DNA of 64,000 nucleotides from Octopus sinensis (Eukaryota): positions 21,700,001 to 21,764,000 of the forward strand of contig NC_042998.1 in the NCBI RefSeq assembly GCF_006345805.1, written 5' to 3'. Each line of letters opens with the position of its first letter. Position 1 is the stretch's first letter. The position numbers were made by a program, and so were the translations under genes. The notes beneath the pieces were generated by a model. That model did not search any database and was not told the DNA's origin. It saw nothing but the letters and a program-made list of their open reading frames with translations. Shown here piece after piece: positions 13,158 to 26,209 of this stretch.

Positions 13158-13500
13158 CAGGCCTGGCCAACTCGAATTACATTGCTGGCCACTTTAATCA
13201 CAGAAAATTTTATCACAGAAAGTTTTTGAGAGCCTCTTGTATACTTTATGCATTAATAGTCAAATAATCAAATTACAGAATCAAGAATTTTTCATACATT
13301 TTGTTTGTTTGAAATTATTAAATTGTAGGCTATTGCTTTCTTGCCACTTATAAATTTTTAATTTATTTTGAGAGAAATGTTTTACACAAATAATTTTATT
13401 TTGAAATTAAACACAATACTTCAAGAAAGTATGAAGCAGGCCGCAAGATAAAAGTCTGAGGGTCGCATGCACCCCGCGGGCCTCGGGTTGGCCAACCCTG
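13158..13500. mobile_element. hAT MITE with 8-bp TSD
   Basis: TIR CAGGCCTGGCCAAC / GTTGGCCAACCCTG; TSD GTCTATAA at 13150-13157 and 13501-13508; interrupts an RTE-like remnant (VLMYGSERW). Confidence 0.88.
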
Positions 13501-13827
13501 GTCTATAACATCACGCCTCGTACTACACGGATATCCGTAGACACACATATACGCACCCATACACACACGCAGTGACATTTTTATTACTCTCTCCTAATTA
13601 CTCTCTCTCCTTCGCTTTCACTCTCCCTCCTTCCCTTACATATTTCCTCTTTCTCTCTCACACTCCTTTACTCTGGTTTATACCACTTTCTCATATACAT
13701 ATAAATATGAATATATATATATATATATTATAAATTGAGATAGGGGTTGTGAGTGCAACCCACCATGGGATAACATGTATCCAATACCTCCTCTGATTTT
13801 CATATTTAATTTAGTTTGTTCTTCATA

Positions 13828-13954
13828 ATCTCTGAAGAGGCCTTGGGATATTTTTGTAAGTGTCTCATTTATAACTACATATTAACCTATCACACATGGC
13901 TAATATGAGCATAATGAGGCACTCATATCTGCATGGCTGAAACAGCTGTAAGAT
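13828..13954 (+). ncRNA. Type I hammerhead ribozyme with about 100-nt extended stem II, inside a PLE-type repeat (about 13730-14165)
   Basis: ATCT-CTGAAGA-[GGCC..GATAT..AGTGTCTCATT / AATGAGGCACT..ATATC..GGCT]-GAAA-CAGCTG-TA-AGAT. Confidence 0.7.
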
Positions 13955-14162
13955 GTAGTTTGTATTTATACTTGTATTTATTTATATTCACTTATACATA
14001 CTGTACTTATTGTATCTCATTATTCATTGATGTACATTGTTTTGTTCTATATTATTATGTTTGACCTTAATGTTCCTTATGTAGTGGTTTAATAAATTAT
14101 GTGATTGGGTATTATCTGGTAGTTGATTATTGATTAAGATGTATTTCTCCATTTCCTTATTT

Positions 14163-14199
<37 letters not shown>

Positions 14200-14517
14200 T
14201 CTATCACTGTCGACCTTTTCTCCACTATCAGCTAATTCTTTTCTCTTACCCTCCAACACAAACTGCCACCACTCTTTCAACCGTTCTCTCTCTCTCTCTC
14301 TCTCTCTCACGCACACACACCCCTTCCTTTCTAAACGTGTGGCGGGTGGGGGGAGTGTGCGGGCGCGTATGCATGCGTATGTGTATACTTATTTAGATAT
14401 GTACCTATGTATATATACATTAACACACATATGTGTGCGTATGCATATGAATGTGTATGTATGCATGTACGCGCACATACGCACAGATGCGTGCGCGCGC
14501 ACACACACACATATACA

Positions 14518-14996
14518 GAGGAGTGGTTGTGTTTTAAGTAGCTAGCTTAACAACCACATGGTTCTGGGTTCAGTCCCACTGCATGGCACCTTGGGTAAAT
14601 GTCTCCTACTATAGCCTCGGGCCGACCAAAGCCTTGTGAGTGGATTTGATAAACGGATAATTGAAAGAAGCCCCTCATATATATATGTGGGGGGTGCGTG
14701 TGTGTGTGTGTATGCGTGTGTGTGCATGCGTGTGTGTGTATGCGTGTGTGTGTATGCGTGTGTGTGTATGCGTGTGTGTGTATGCGTGTGTGTGTATGCG
14801 TGTGTGTGTATGCGAGTATGTGTTTCCCTACTACCACCAACACCATCGCTTGGCAACCGATGTTGATGTGTTTACGTCCCCGTCACTTAGCTGTTCGATA
14901 GAATAAGTACAAGGCTTACAAAGAATAAGTCCTGAGGTCGATTTGCTCGACTAAAGGCGGTGCTCCAGCATGCCTGCAGTGAAATAACAAAGAAAA

Positions 14997-14998
<2 letters not shown>
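14518..14998 (+). mobile_element. SINE family A
   Basis: Head GGAGTGGTTGTG..GGTTCAGTCCC, internal microsatellite, tail AAGGCGGTGCTCCAGCATG. Confidence 0.85.
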
Positions 14999-15029
<31 letters not shown>

Positions 15030-15030
<1 letters not shown>

Positions 15031-15222
15031 CCATGATAGATCGATAGCCACTACACACATTTTTTTTCTCTCCTTGTTTCTTTCTCTGTTCCTTTCTGTA
15101 GAAGAGCGTAGGCTCGAAACGTAAAAGACTTTTTTTCAATTCCCGAGCGTTATACTAATACATCTGTTTGTTTTCTACACCACCTGTCTTCGTCTTTTGC
15201 TTTTTTTTTAGTGAATTCTCCA
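15030..15222 (+). mobile_element. Short PLE-type repeat with hammerhead-like motif at 15092-15127
   Basis: CTTT-CTGTAGA-AGAGC(gtag)GCTC-GAAA-CG-TA-AAAG; relatives at 18898-18931, 40554-40589 and 53892-53926 (all minus); bounded by (TA)n. Confidence 0.6.
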
Positions 15223-15268
<46 letters not shown>

Positions 15269-16119
15269 ATATATATATATCATACATACACACACACACA
15301 TATTTTCACACTTATTTAGAAAGAGAGGAGGAGAGGGAATGAGAGTAAGGGAAGCCATATTAAACGTTCTTTATGTACGTAATTTCTCTTTCGCTCTCTC
15401 TCACACCCTCTATTTCCCCCATTCTCTTACTCCTCCTCTCTCTACCCCCACTCTTTTTAACCTTTAATAACTTATAAAAAAAAACCTCTTCACTCCATAT
15501 TTTCCGCCAACATTACTCTCTCCCTCCCTTCCCCACCTCCTTTCATTCTCGCCCTCACTCCCTTTCTCTCCTCGCAATCATTTTTTTTCTATTTTTATAC
15601 TCACTAACACTTTCCTCTCACTTTCTCCCTCTCTTATTTTCTATTTGTGTTTGACAGTCACCCCTCTCTCTCTCTTCCCCAACCCGTCCCCCTCTCTCTT
15701 TTCTCTACCTATCTCTCTTTCTCTCTCTCTCATTCACAGTCTACGTGAGTGTTTTAATATACATTCATATGTGTGTGTATGTGTATGTCTTTGTATATGC
15801 TTGTATGTGTCTCTTATATGTGTCTCTTCTTTCTGTTTCATATTACCACTATTTATCTTTCCCTCACCCACCCCCTCTATATCGCTTTTACCTTTTCTCT
15901 TTCGATTTGCTTTTTATTATCCACCTTCTCCCCACCCTCTCTCTCTCTACGCTAATTGCTGTTGTTTTGTCCTTGTTTCCCCGCCTACCGCCTAGTAACT
16001 TGCTAACCTTCCGCGATCCGTCTAACACACACCGAGGCAACCACTTTCACGCAGACGTTTGCACACACATGCATACATACATACATACGCACATAGACCT
16101 ATCTTGACACACTCATATA

Positions 16120-16546
16120 TAGACACATAGATAGATAGACAGACACATAGATAGATAGACAGACACATAGATAGATAGATAGACAGACACATAGATAGAT
16201 AGATAGACAGACACATAGATAGATAGATAGACAGACACATAGATAGATAGACAGACACATAGATAGACAGACACATAGATAGATAGACAGACACATAGAT
16301 AGACAGGCACATAGATAGACAGGCACATAGATAGACAGGCACATAGATAGACAGGCACATAGATAGACAGGCACATAGATAGACAGGCACATAGACAGAC
16401 AGACAGAGACAGACACACAGACAGATAGACAGACAGACAGATACACAGACAGACACAGACAGATACACAGACAGACACAGACAGATACACAGACAGACAC
16501 AGACAGATACACAGACAGATAGACAGACAGATACACAGATAGACAC

Positions 16547-16583
<37 letters not shown>

Positions 16584-16625
16584 TAGACAGATAGATAGAC
16601 ATATAGACAGACAGACAGACAGGCG
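16120..16625. repeat. Compound (GATA/GACA) microsatellite
   Basis: Direct reading. Confidence 0.9.
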
Positions 16626-16825
16626 TATGTGTACATACCATACATGTATAAAAGCAATTAATTATTCCTAGCACGCACACATTCATCACGTACACACACA
16701 CAATGTATTCACGCACTCACACATATATATATATATATACACAGACACAAACACACGTACTGATATAGGAAAAGTGTAAATGCAGAGCTCCCGGACATAG
16801 TGTCACTATTAAGAAAAATATATTC

Positions 16826-17190
16826 TTTTATTTATTTCAGTCATTTGACAGCGGCCGTGCTGGAGCACCCCGTTTAGTCGCACAAATCGACCCCTGGACT
16901 TGGTTTTTGTAAGCCTAGTACTTACTCATTCTATCGGTTTCTTTTTGCCGAACCGCTAAGTTACGGGGACATAAACACACCAACATCGGTTGTCAAGCGC
17001 TGGTGGGGGGGGGACGAATGAATACACACACACGACAGGCTTCTTTCAGTTTCCGTCTACCAAATCCACTCACAAGGCTTTGTTCGACCCGAGGCTATAG
17101 TAGAAGACGCTTGCCCAAGATGCCACACAGTGGGACTGAACCCAGAACCATGTGGTTGGTAAGCAAGCTACTTACCACACAACTACGCTT
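16826..17190 (-). mobile_element. SINE family A
   Basis: Same head and tail as the other family A copies. Confidence 0.85.
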
Positions 17191-17436
17191 AGCTTTTTTA
17201 GCTCTATTTCCTTGTTTGCAACGCCGTTTATATATACAGGTGAGCACATAAGTGCAAACAAGATGGAGAAGATAGTACTCGAATACGAAAGGTAGAGTAA
17301 TATGCTTTCAGTTTAAAGCTGTAAAATCATTACAGAACGGTTACTCAGAGCCTTATGTTCCCAGCGTCACAATTGTCCGACGAACGGAAACATAAAGCTC
17401 TGAGAAACAGTCCTGTTATGATTTGGGAGTTTTAAA

Positions 17437-17688
17437 AAGGCGGCGAGCTGGCAGAATCGTTAGCACGCCGGGCGAAATGCTTACCGGTATTTCGTCTGCC
17501 GCTTCGTTCTGAGTTCAAATTCCGCCGAGGTCGACTTTGCCTTTCATCCTTTCGGGGTCGATAAATTAAGTACCAGTTACGCACTGGGATCGATGTAATC
17601 GACTTAATACCTATGTCTGTCCATGTTTGTCCCTTCTGTGTTTAGCCCCTTGTGGGTAATAAAGAAATAGGTATTTCATCTGCCGCTA
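17437..17688 (+). mobile_element. SINE family C (AAGGCGGCGAGCTGGCAG head)
   Basis: A/B-box-like head with GTTCAAATTCC; central GTCGACTTTGCCTTTCATCCTTTCGGGGTCGATAAA..GTACCAG domain. Confidence 0.85.
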
Positions 17689-17691
17689 TTA

Positions 17692-18127
17692 GGCGTTTAG
17701 GGTGGAGTAAAAACCTACAGAATTGGTCCCTAGAGCAGTGGAAGAATGTTTTCTCAGACGAGTCATCCTTTACCTTATTTCCGACGACCGGCCGAGTATA
17801 CGCGTGGAGACAGCCAAAAGAAGCATTTGACCCAGACTGCCTTCTTCCAACTGTTAAACATGGAGGAGGATCTGTGATGATCTGGGAGGGGAGGGGCTAT
17901 ATTTTGGAAATCCGCCGGCCCTATAGCTCCCCTTCATGGAAGAATTAACAGTCAAGACTATTTAAGCATTTTGTCTGATCAAATTCATCCTATGGTTGCG
18001 GAAGTGCTTCCGGGGGGGGGGGGGACGCAATATTTCAGGATGATAATGTACCAATTCCCAAAGCTAAGGTTGTTACTGATTGGCATAAGGAACAGTCAAG
18101 TGAAGCTGAACATCTTATCTGGCCACT
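17692..18127 (+). mobile_element. Tc1 internal fragment, same family as 786-2048
   Basis: FSDESSFTLFPTTGRVYAWRQPKEAF..VKHGGGSVMIW, near-identical to about 1335-1775. Confidence 0.9.
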
Positions 18128-18356
18128 AACAACGTTTTCCAGGCGATCCAAAATTAATTATATTCAAAGTGAACTAATTTTGGATCACCTTGAAAACGTT
18201 GTGTTAACATATATTTTCGGAAATATTAATATCAATTATATTATCTATATTTAAATACGTTGATAAAAAGCCGACAATTGCTTCTGTTGTGAGGTGAATT
18301 CTACAATTAAAGATATATTCCCCATACGTATTTTTGTTTATATATATATACATATA

Positions 18357-18754
18357 CTAGCAGTATCGCCCGGCGTTGCTCGGATTTGTAAGGGAAATAA
18401 CTATATAAGCATTTTTAGAGAGTTATAGCCAAAAAATAGCAAAAAAATGCATTAAAAAAGGAAAAAAATGATGGTAAATTTTTTTTAAAATCGTTGACTC
18501 ATCGTAGACATTTTTAGAGAGTTACTTCACTTATATAATAGCGAAATAATGCATTAAAATGGAAAAAAAATTATGGTAATTTTTTTTTTAAATCGTAGAC
18601 TCATCGTAGACGCGCGCTAATACCCAGAAGGACTCGATATGAATCACGACTATAAGATACCCGGTTTTGGTTAAACTGCACCGCAAAATGTGGGAGTAGT
18701 TAGGAATCTAAATCGTAGGAGACAGACACACAACCTCTCTTTTATATATAAAGA
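18357..18754 (-). mobile_element. Non-autonomous Helitron
   Basis: CTAGCAGTATCGCCCGGCGTTGCTCGG ... TATATAAAGA|T. Confidence 0.8.
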
Positions 18755-18761
18755 TACACAG

Positions 18762-18792
<31 letters not shown>

Positions 18793-19786
18793 CATACACA
18801 CACACACAGTTCAAATTCATTGAAAATCAAAAGATGAAGACAAGTGTAGGAACAACAAATAAGTGTATTAGTTTGACGCTCGGGGAAATTTAAAAGTCTT
18901 ATGTTTCGAGCCTACGCTCTTCGACAGAAAGGAAAAAGAGGAAATAAATAGAGAAAGAAAACAAGCGTGTAGATTTCAGTGGTTCAGCACGGCGAATGAA
19001 ACACACACCAGACATATATATATGTATTTTATTCAATGTAAGGTTTTTTCCTCGAATTTTATAATCTTTATAATTTTTATATATATGTATATATATATAT
19101 ACATACATATATATTTTTGAGCTCATTTTTTTGTTTATCGCTCGAAGATTGACCGTTATTTCTAAAGGGCCAATCAAACAAGTCCATGTTTTTAAAGGTG
19201 TAGCGTTTGTAAGAGTCTGGATTGAATTGATATATCGGTTCCATTCTAGCAAAAACACGTCTGATGAACGGCAACGAGAAACTCAGAGTAACAGATTTTG
19301 TTGAATTTTCTGCTGCTTTAATAAAGTATATATATATATATATCAGAGACATGTCACCTAGGTAGCAAGAAGGCAGTGCCTACCTTGAATAAAATAGATC
19401 GATAGTAACATTTTTCTTTTATGGCGAAATATGCACCAAATACAATAAAATTATGAAGGTTACTCTTATTACTATGCATAAAATGCAAAATACTTTCTTT
19501 TTTGTATTAAAGCTTCGCACAGTAATGATGTAGTATACATGCTGCATACACTCCTACAACACCGTTTTCTTTACGTTTTCTATAAATCTGCCTTCAACTC
19601 AGTCACGAGCCTCTGTTTCGCTTATTTTTTGTGTGTTTTACTACATTAAAAGGTCACCAACTACCTACCTTGAGTAATTACTGACGGCAAGTGCCAGATT
19701 ATATATATATATATATATATATATAATTTACAGAATGAGATAAAAATCCAAGGCTGTGAAAGATTTCAGAACGTTTATAAAGAGAT

Positions 19787-19835
19787 GGTCTTACAGCTGT
19801 TTCTGGGATATTTTATATATGCCTTCATCAGTGAC
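19787..19835 (-). ncRNA. Minimal hammerhead motif with degenerate stems in PLE-type repeat
   Basis: Minus strand: GTCA-CTGATGA-AGGCATAT(ataaa)ATATCCCA-GAAA-CAGCTG-TA-AGAC. Confidence 0.55.
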
Positions 19836-19936
19836 GGTGCGAGAAAAATGTACTTCTCATAACCTATATATATACAATTGTTTGTTTGTACTCCACCTGC
19901 CTTCGTCTTTTGTTTATTTTCATAAAGCTTCCCGTT

Positions 19937-19984
<48 letters not shown>

Positions 19985-20162
19985 CATACATATATATATA
20001 CATACACACATACATATATATACATACACACATACATATATATACATACACACATACCAGAATCACTATATATGCAGAAAACTATAAAAAAATTTAAGCA
20101 AGCAACTACTCATAAAATACATATATTTGACATACATACACAAATACATAAGCTACCAAGTG

Positions 20163-20194
<32 letters not shown>

Positions 20195-20594
20195 TGCACA
20201 CACACACACATGCACACACACACATACCACGCCCTTTCCGAATGAGCCCTCCACTCGCTTGTTCAACCGATGAGAAACAGCAGTCAAATCTCATCAAAAT
20301 TAATTTTATTGACTTCTTTTTTTCTTTTATCTAAAATATGTAGGACACATTGGGCTGATAATTTATATTTGAAATATAATTTGAAAATATAACGGGATGG
20401 TCGCGAGATAAATCACCTTTGATCAGAAGTTAAACTTGAAGCTAAGCAAAAATTCACACAGACACAAACACACAATAGAGATACACACACACACACACAC
20501 ATACGCTTATACACAAGCATACCCACACGTATACACACACGCAAGCATACACTCTCCGTCATTCTTCTTCCTTCTCACCTTCTCCCCGACCCTT

Positions 20595-20952
20595 TCTCTC
20601 TCTCTCTTTCTATCTATCAATCTCTCTCTCTCTCTCTCTATCACTCTCTCTATCACTCTATCTATCTCTCTATCTATCTCTCTATATATCTCTCTATATA
20701 TCTCTCTCTCTCTCTCTCTCTCTATCTATTTACCTCTCTATCTCTCACTCTCTCTCTCTATCTATCTTTATCTATCTCTCACTCTCTCTCTCTATCTATC
20801 TTTCTCTATCTCTCTCTCTTTCTCTTCTCTCTCTATCTCTCTCTCTCTTTCTCTCTCTATCTCTCTATATATACATATATCTATCTCTCTATCTCCCTCT
20901 CTCTATCTCTATCTATCTCTCTCTCTCTCTCTATCTCCCTCTATCTCTCTCC
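20595..20952. repeat. (CT/CTAT)n pyrimidine microsatellite
   Basis: Direct reading. Confidence 0.9.
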
Positions 20953-21504
20953 GTGTTCGCTAATAATTCCTTTCAATGGTTTGCTTCTTGTCACACATTC
21001 ACATTTATCTTGTTGCCTTTTTAACACTCCTATTATTTAGTTTCAATAGCTTCTTACAAAATTAGCTTGACAAATATGGACCACGTTTTAGCATGTGCAA
21101 GCAAACACACACACAAACACACACACACAAACACAGTTACATACAATCTTACTACATCAATAAACACAAATTGACACACATAATACATACGCACGCACGC
21201 GCACATACGCGCGCGTAATTGTGCGCGCACACGCACACCTACGCAGCAGTTCTATTTGTTCAAACGTACGCGCAGACACACGTCTGTGACATTGTCTATG
21301 TTCTCTTATCAGCCAAGCTTGCAGAACTTCAATGTTTATCTGTTAAACAATGCCCAATGCACACGCGTGTGTATCTGTGTGTGTGTGTGTACGAAACAAT
21401 GAATTTATGTATGCATGTATGTGTGTGTGTGCATTTAGATGTGTGTGTGTGTGTATGTATGTGTGAATATGTATGAAAATGAATTTATGTATGCATGTAA
21501 TATG

Positions 21505-21543
<39 letters not shown>

Positions 21544-21734
21544 GTGTGTATATATGTGTGTATATATGTGTGTGTTCATGTAAGTGTGTATGAGTGTGTT
21601 CATGTAAGTGTGTATGAGTGTGTTCATGTAAGTGTGTATGAGTGTGTTCATGTGTGTGTGTGTGCATGTATGTGTGTGTGTAGATATGTGTGTATATATG
21701 TGTGTGTTCATGTAAATGTGTATGAGTGTGTTCA

Positions 21735-23733
21735 TGTGTGTGTGTGTGTGTGTGTGCATGTATGTGTGTGTAGATATGTGTGTGTTCATGTAAGTGTGTA
21801 TGAGTGTGTGTATGCATGTATGTGTGTGTGTGTGTGCATGCATGTATGTGTATTTGTGTACATGCATGTGTATTTGTGTGCATGTGTATATGCATGAAAG
21901 AATGAAAGAATGAATTTATGCATTCATGTATGCATGTATGTCTGTATGTGTATATATGTATGAAAATGAATTTATGTATGCATGTATATGTAGATTGTGT
22001 GTGTGTGTCCATGTATGTAAGCGTGTATGTGTGTATATGTATGAAAGAATGAATGTATGCGTGTAATATGCATGTATGTGTATGTAAATATGTTTGTGTA
22101 TGTACGTGCATGTATGTATGTAAGCGTGTATGTGTGTATATATGTATGAAAATGAATTTATGTATGTATGCGTGTAGATGTATGTGTGTGTATTTAACTG
22201 TGTATCTATGTTCGAAAGAATGAATTTATGCATGCATGTGTGTGTGTGTACACAACTATGCAGTCATACAAACAGGCATTCGTACGTAGACAAATATACA
22301 CGCGCATATTGATGCATACGAGTGTACGTACATCTCTCTCTCTCTCCCTCTCTATTTCTCTACCTGTCTATCTTCATCTCTCTATACATGTGTGCGTATG
22401 TATTCTTTGTACATATATGCATGTGTAAGTACGTACGTACGTACGTATGTAATAATATCTTATCGATGTTCGTACGCATGTTTGTATGTACACGTGACTG
22501 TGTTAGTCTGTATGTGCGCGCGCGTTCATCTATATCTTTATATTTATATAGGTGCAGGCGTGGCTGTGTTGTAAAAAGTTTCCTTCTGAACCACATGGTT
22601 CCGGGTTCAGTTCCACTGCGTGTCATCTTGGGAAAGTCTTCTAATAGCCTCGGGCGATCAAAGCTTTGTAAGTGAATTTGGTAGACGAAAACTGAAAGAA
22701 CCTCATCGTACATATACACGTGTGTGTGTGTGTGGTGTGTGTGTGTGTGTGTGTGTGTGTGCATGTATGTGTGTGTAGATATGTGTGTGTTCATGTAAGT
22801 GTGTATGAGTGTGTGTATGCATGTATGTGTGTGTGTGTGTGTGCATGCATGTATGTGTATTTGTGTACATGCATGTGTATTTGTGTGCATGTGTATATGC
22901 ATGAAAGAATGAAAGAATGAATTTATGCATTCATGTATGCATGTATGTCTGTATGTGTATATATGTATGAAAATGAATTTATGTATGCATGTATATGTAG
23001 ATTGTGTGTGTGTGTCCATGTATGTAAGCGTGTATGTGTGTATATGTATGAAAGAATGAATTTATGCATGTATGCGTGTAATATGCATGTATGTGTATGT
23101 AAATATGTTTGTGTATGTACGTGCATGTATGTATGTAAGCGTGTATGTGTGTATATATGTATGAAAGAATGAATTTATGTATGTATGCGTGTAGATGTAT
23201 GTGTGTGTATTTAACTGTGTATCTATGTTCGAAAGAATGAATTTATGCATGCATGTGTGTGTGTGTACACAACTATGCAGTCATACAAACAGGCATTCGT
23301 ACGTAGACAAATATACACGCGCATATTGATGCATACGAGTGTACGTACATCTCTCTCTCTCTCCCTCTCTATTTCTCTACCTGTCTATCTTCATCTCTCT
23401 ATACATGTGTGCGTATGTATTCTTTGTACATATATGCATGTGTAAGTACGTACGTACGTACGTATGTAATAATATCTTATCGATGTTCGTACGCATGTTT
23501 GTATGTACACGTGACTGTGTTAGTCTGTATGTGCGCGCGCGTTCATCTATATCTTTATATTTATATAGGTGCAGGCGTGGCTGTGTTGTAAAAAGTTTCC
23601 TTCTGAACCACATGGTTCCGGGTTCAGTTCCACTGCGTGTCATCTTGGGAAAGTCTTCTAATAGCCTCGGGCGATCAAAGCTTTGTAAGTGAATTTGGTA
23701 GACGAAAACTGAAAGAACCTCATCGTACATATA

Positions 23734-23790
<57 letters not shown>
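21735..23790. repeat. About 1.0-kb direct tandem duplication including the 5' half of a SINE A
   Basis: Identical ORFs offset by 1017 (22228/23245, 22322/23339); junctions fall in (TG)n. Confidence 0.9.
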
Positions 23791-23792
<2 letters not shown>

Positions 23793-23978
23793 AAACCACT
23801 TCTTGACAACTGGCGTTGACATGGTTACATGTATGTATGTAGCAAAAGCGTCGATAGAATAAGTACCAGGCTTTCATAAAATAACTACTGGGGTCGATTT
23901 GTTCGACTAAAATTCTTCAAGGCAGTGCCCCAGCATGGCCACAGTCTAATGACTGAAACAAGTAAAAGATAAACGACG

Positions 23979-24385
23979 TATAGGAGTGGCTGTGTGGTAA
24001 GTAGCTTGCTTACGAATCACATGGTTCCGGGTTCAGTCCCACTGTGGGGCACCTTGGGCAAGTGTCTTCTACTATAGCCTCGGGCCGACCAAAGCCTTGT
24101 GAGTGTATTTTGTAGACGGAAACTGAAAGAAGCCCGTCGTATATATATATATATATATATATATACATACATGTGCGTGTGTATATGTTTGTGTGTCTGT
24201 GTCCCCCCCCCACATCGCTTAACAACCGATGCTGGCGTGTTTACGTCCCTGTAACTTAGCGGTTCGGCAAAAGAGACCGATAAAATAAGTACTAGGCTTG
24301 CAAAGAATAAGTCCTGAGGCCGATTTGCTCGACTAAAGGCGGTGCTCCAGCATGGCCACAGTTGAATGAAACAAGTAAAAGAGTA
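23979..24385 (+). mobile_element. SINE family A (follows another copy at 23566-23972)
   Basis: Complete head, body and AAACAAGTAAAAGAG tail. Confidence 0.88.
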
Positions 24386-24915
24386 TAAGAGAGTATATAT
24401 ATATATATATATATACTAGCAGAGATACCTGGCGTTGCTCGGGTTTAAAATGGTATAGTGTGTGTATATATATATTACAGTTATGTTGAAACAGGTGATA
24501 CGGGAAAGTGCAGCATTGACGACAAAACATTTGTGGAGTAAATGATGGAGTAAGTGAGAGTGGGGGTGTTATGTAATTTGTGATCCCACCGAAAAGCTGT
24601 CAGTGGATATACTCGCCTTTGAGGCGGTCAGCGCTGCATCTAACACAACCCGTCGTATGGTTGACAGTCAAATGAATGGAGGTGTAATGGAGATATTGGA
24701 CGTAAATGGGTACATTCTGGAAATGGGCTGCAATGGGAGATGGCAACGGGGGAAGTGAACTGTTGAAATGTTGCAGAAGATGAAGGGTTGACATTGGGTT
24801 GCTGGTGTAGCTGTAGAATAAGAAGCAAAGTGAAGCTACGTAGTCACATGAGAATACATAGTAATGAATGAATTGAAAAAATAAGGTATAATGGCTTACC
24901 GCGTCATATGTATAT

Positions 24916-25303
24916 GGATGGAAGCACTCCGTCGGTTACGACGACGAGGGTTCCGGTTGATCCGAATCAACGGAACAGCCTGCTCGTGAAATTAACGTGT
25001 AAGTGGCTGAGCACTCCACAAACACGTGTACCCTTAACGTAGTTCTCGGGGATATTCAGCTTGACACAGAGAGTGACAAGGCCGGCCCCTTGAAATACAG
25101 GTACAACAGAAACAGGAAGTAAGAGTAAGAGAAAGTTGTGGTGAAAGAGTACAGCAGGGATCGCCACCACCATCCTGCCGGAGCCTCGTGGAGCTTTAGG
25201 TGTTTTCGCTCAATAAACACTCACAACGCCCGGTCTGGGAATCGAAACCGCGATCCTACGACCGGGAGTCCGCTGCCCTAACCACTGGGCCATTGCGCCT
25301 CCG
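24916..25303 (-). mobile_element. SINE family B with 69-bp TSD
   Basis: tRNA-like head GGAGGCGCAATGGCCCAGTGGTTAGG..TTCGATTCCC; direct repeats at 24847-24915 and 25304-25372. Confidence 0.88.
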
Positions 25304-25806
25304 CATGAGAATATGTAGTAATGAATGAATTGAAAAAATAAGGTATAATGGCTTACCGCGTCATATGTATATAGTATGTCTGTAACGAAATACAAGCAAA
25401 TGAACGAAATACTACATGTATGGAACTGCTAATTTAACGGTAAATTCCACAATAATTATTACAGAGAGACAAAGAATTATGTATGTATATAAATTTCTTA
25501 ATGTAAGGGTAAATATATAATTGTGAATAATTTACTACCTTACAAATGCCGCGATAATTGTTAACTGACAATGGAACAGTAAATGAGTATTTTTATATAT
25601 ATATTGAACCTTGCCACCTCATTGTTTTATTTTTCCAAGAGTTTCACCTCTAGCACTCGCAAACACACATTCAGGTATCACAGTCGTCACATATGTGTGT
25701 AGATATGTGTGTTTAATAACGCACGTAACGCAGAAACACACACACACACTCGCAGACACATAGTTACTCATACACTCAGAGATAGATATACAGTCATATA
25801 CTAAAC

Positions 25807-26209
25807 TAGCAGTATCGCCCGGCGTTGCTCGGGTTTGTAAGGGAAATAACCAAATAACTATATAAGCATTTTTAGAGATGTAAAGTATAATAGCCATCTC
25901 AATATGGCTAACCACAAAGGCGGGGATGTTACTGTAGCTTTTTACGTTCTGAGATTTAGTAATAAATTTTTAGAGAGTTACTTCCCTTATATATGCCAAA
26001 AATGCATTAAAAATGGGAAAAATTGATGGTAAATTTTTTTTAAATCGTAGACTCATCGTAGACGAGCGCTAATACCCAGAAGGGCTCGATATGAATCACG
26101 ACTATAAGATACCCGGTTTTGGTTAAACTGCACCGCAAGATGTGGGAGTAGTTAGGAATCTAAATCGTAGGAGACAGACAGCACACAACCTCTCTTTTAT
26201 ATATAAAGA
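25807..26209 (-). mobile_element. Non-autonomous Helitron (nested)
   Basis: Same termini as 18357-18754. Confidence 0.8.

Noticed and set aside
16022-16716. Long ORFs rich in YI, VC, HT or LS (also at 6142, 21485, 30338, 38964, 43216)
   Set aside because: Translations of microsatellites
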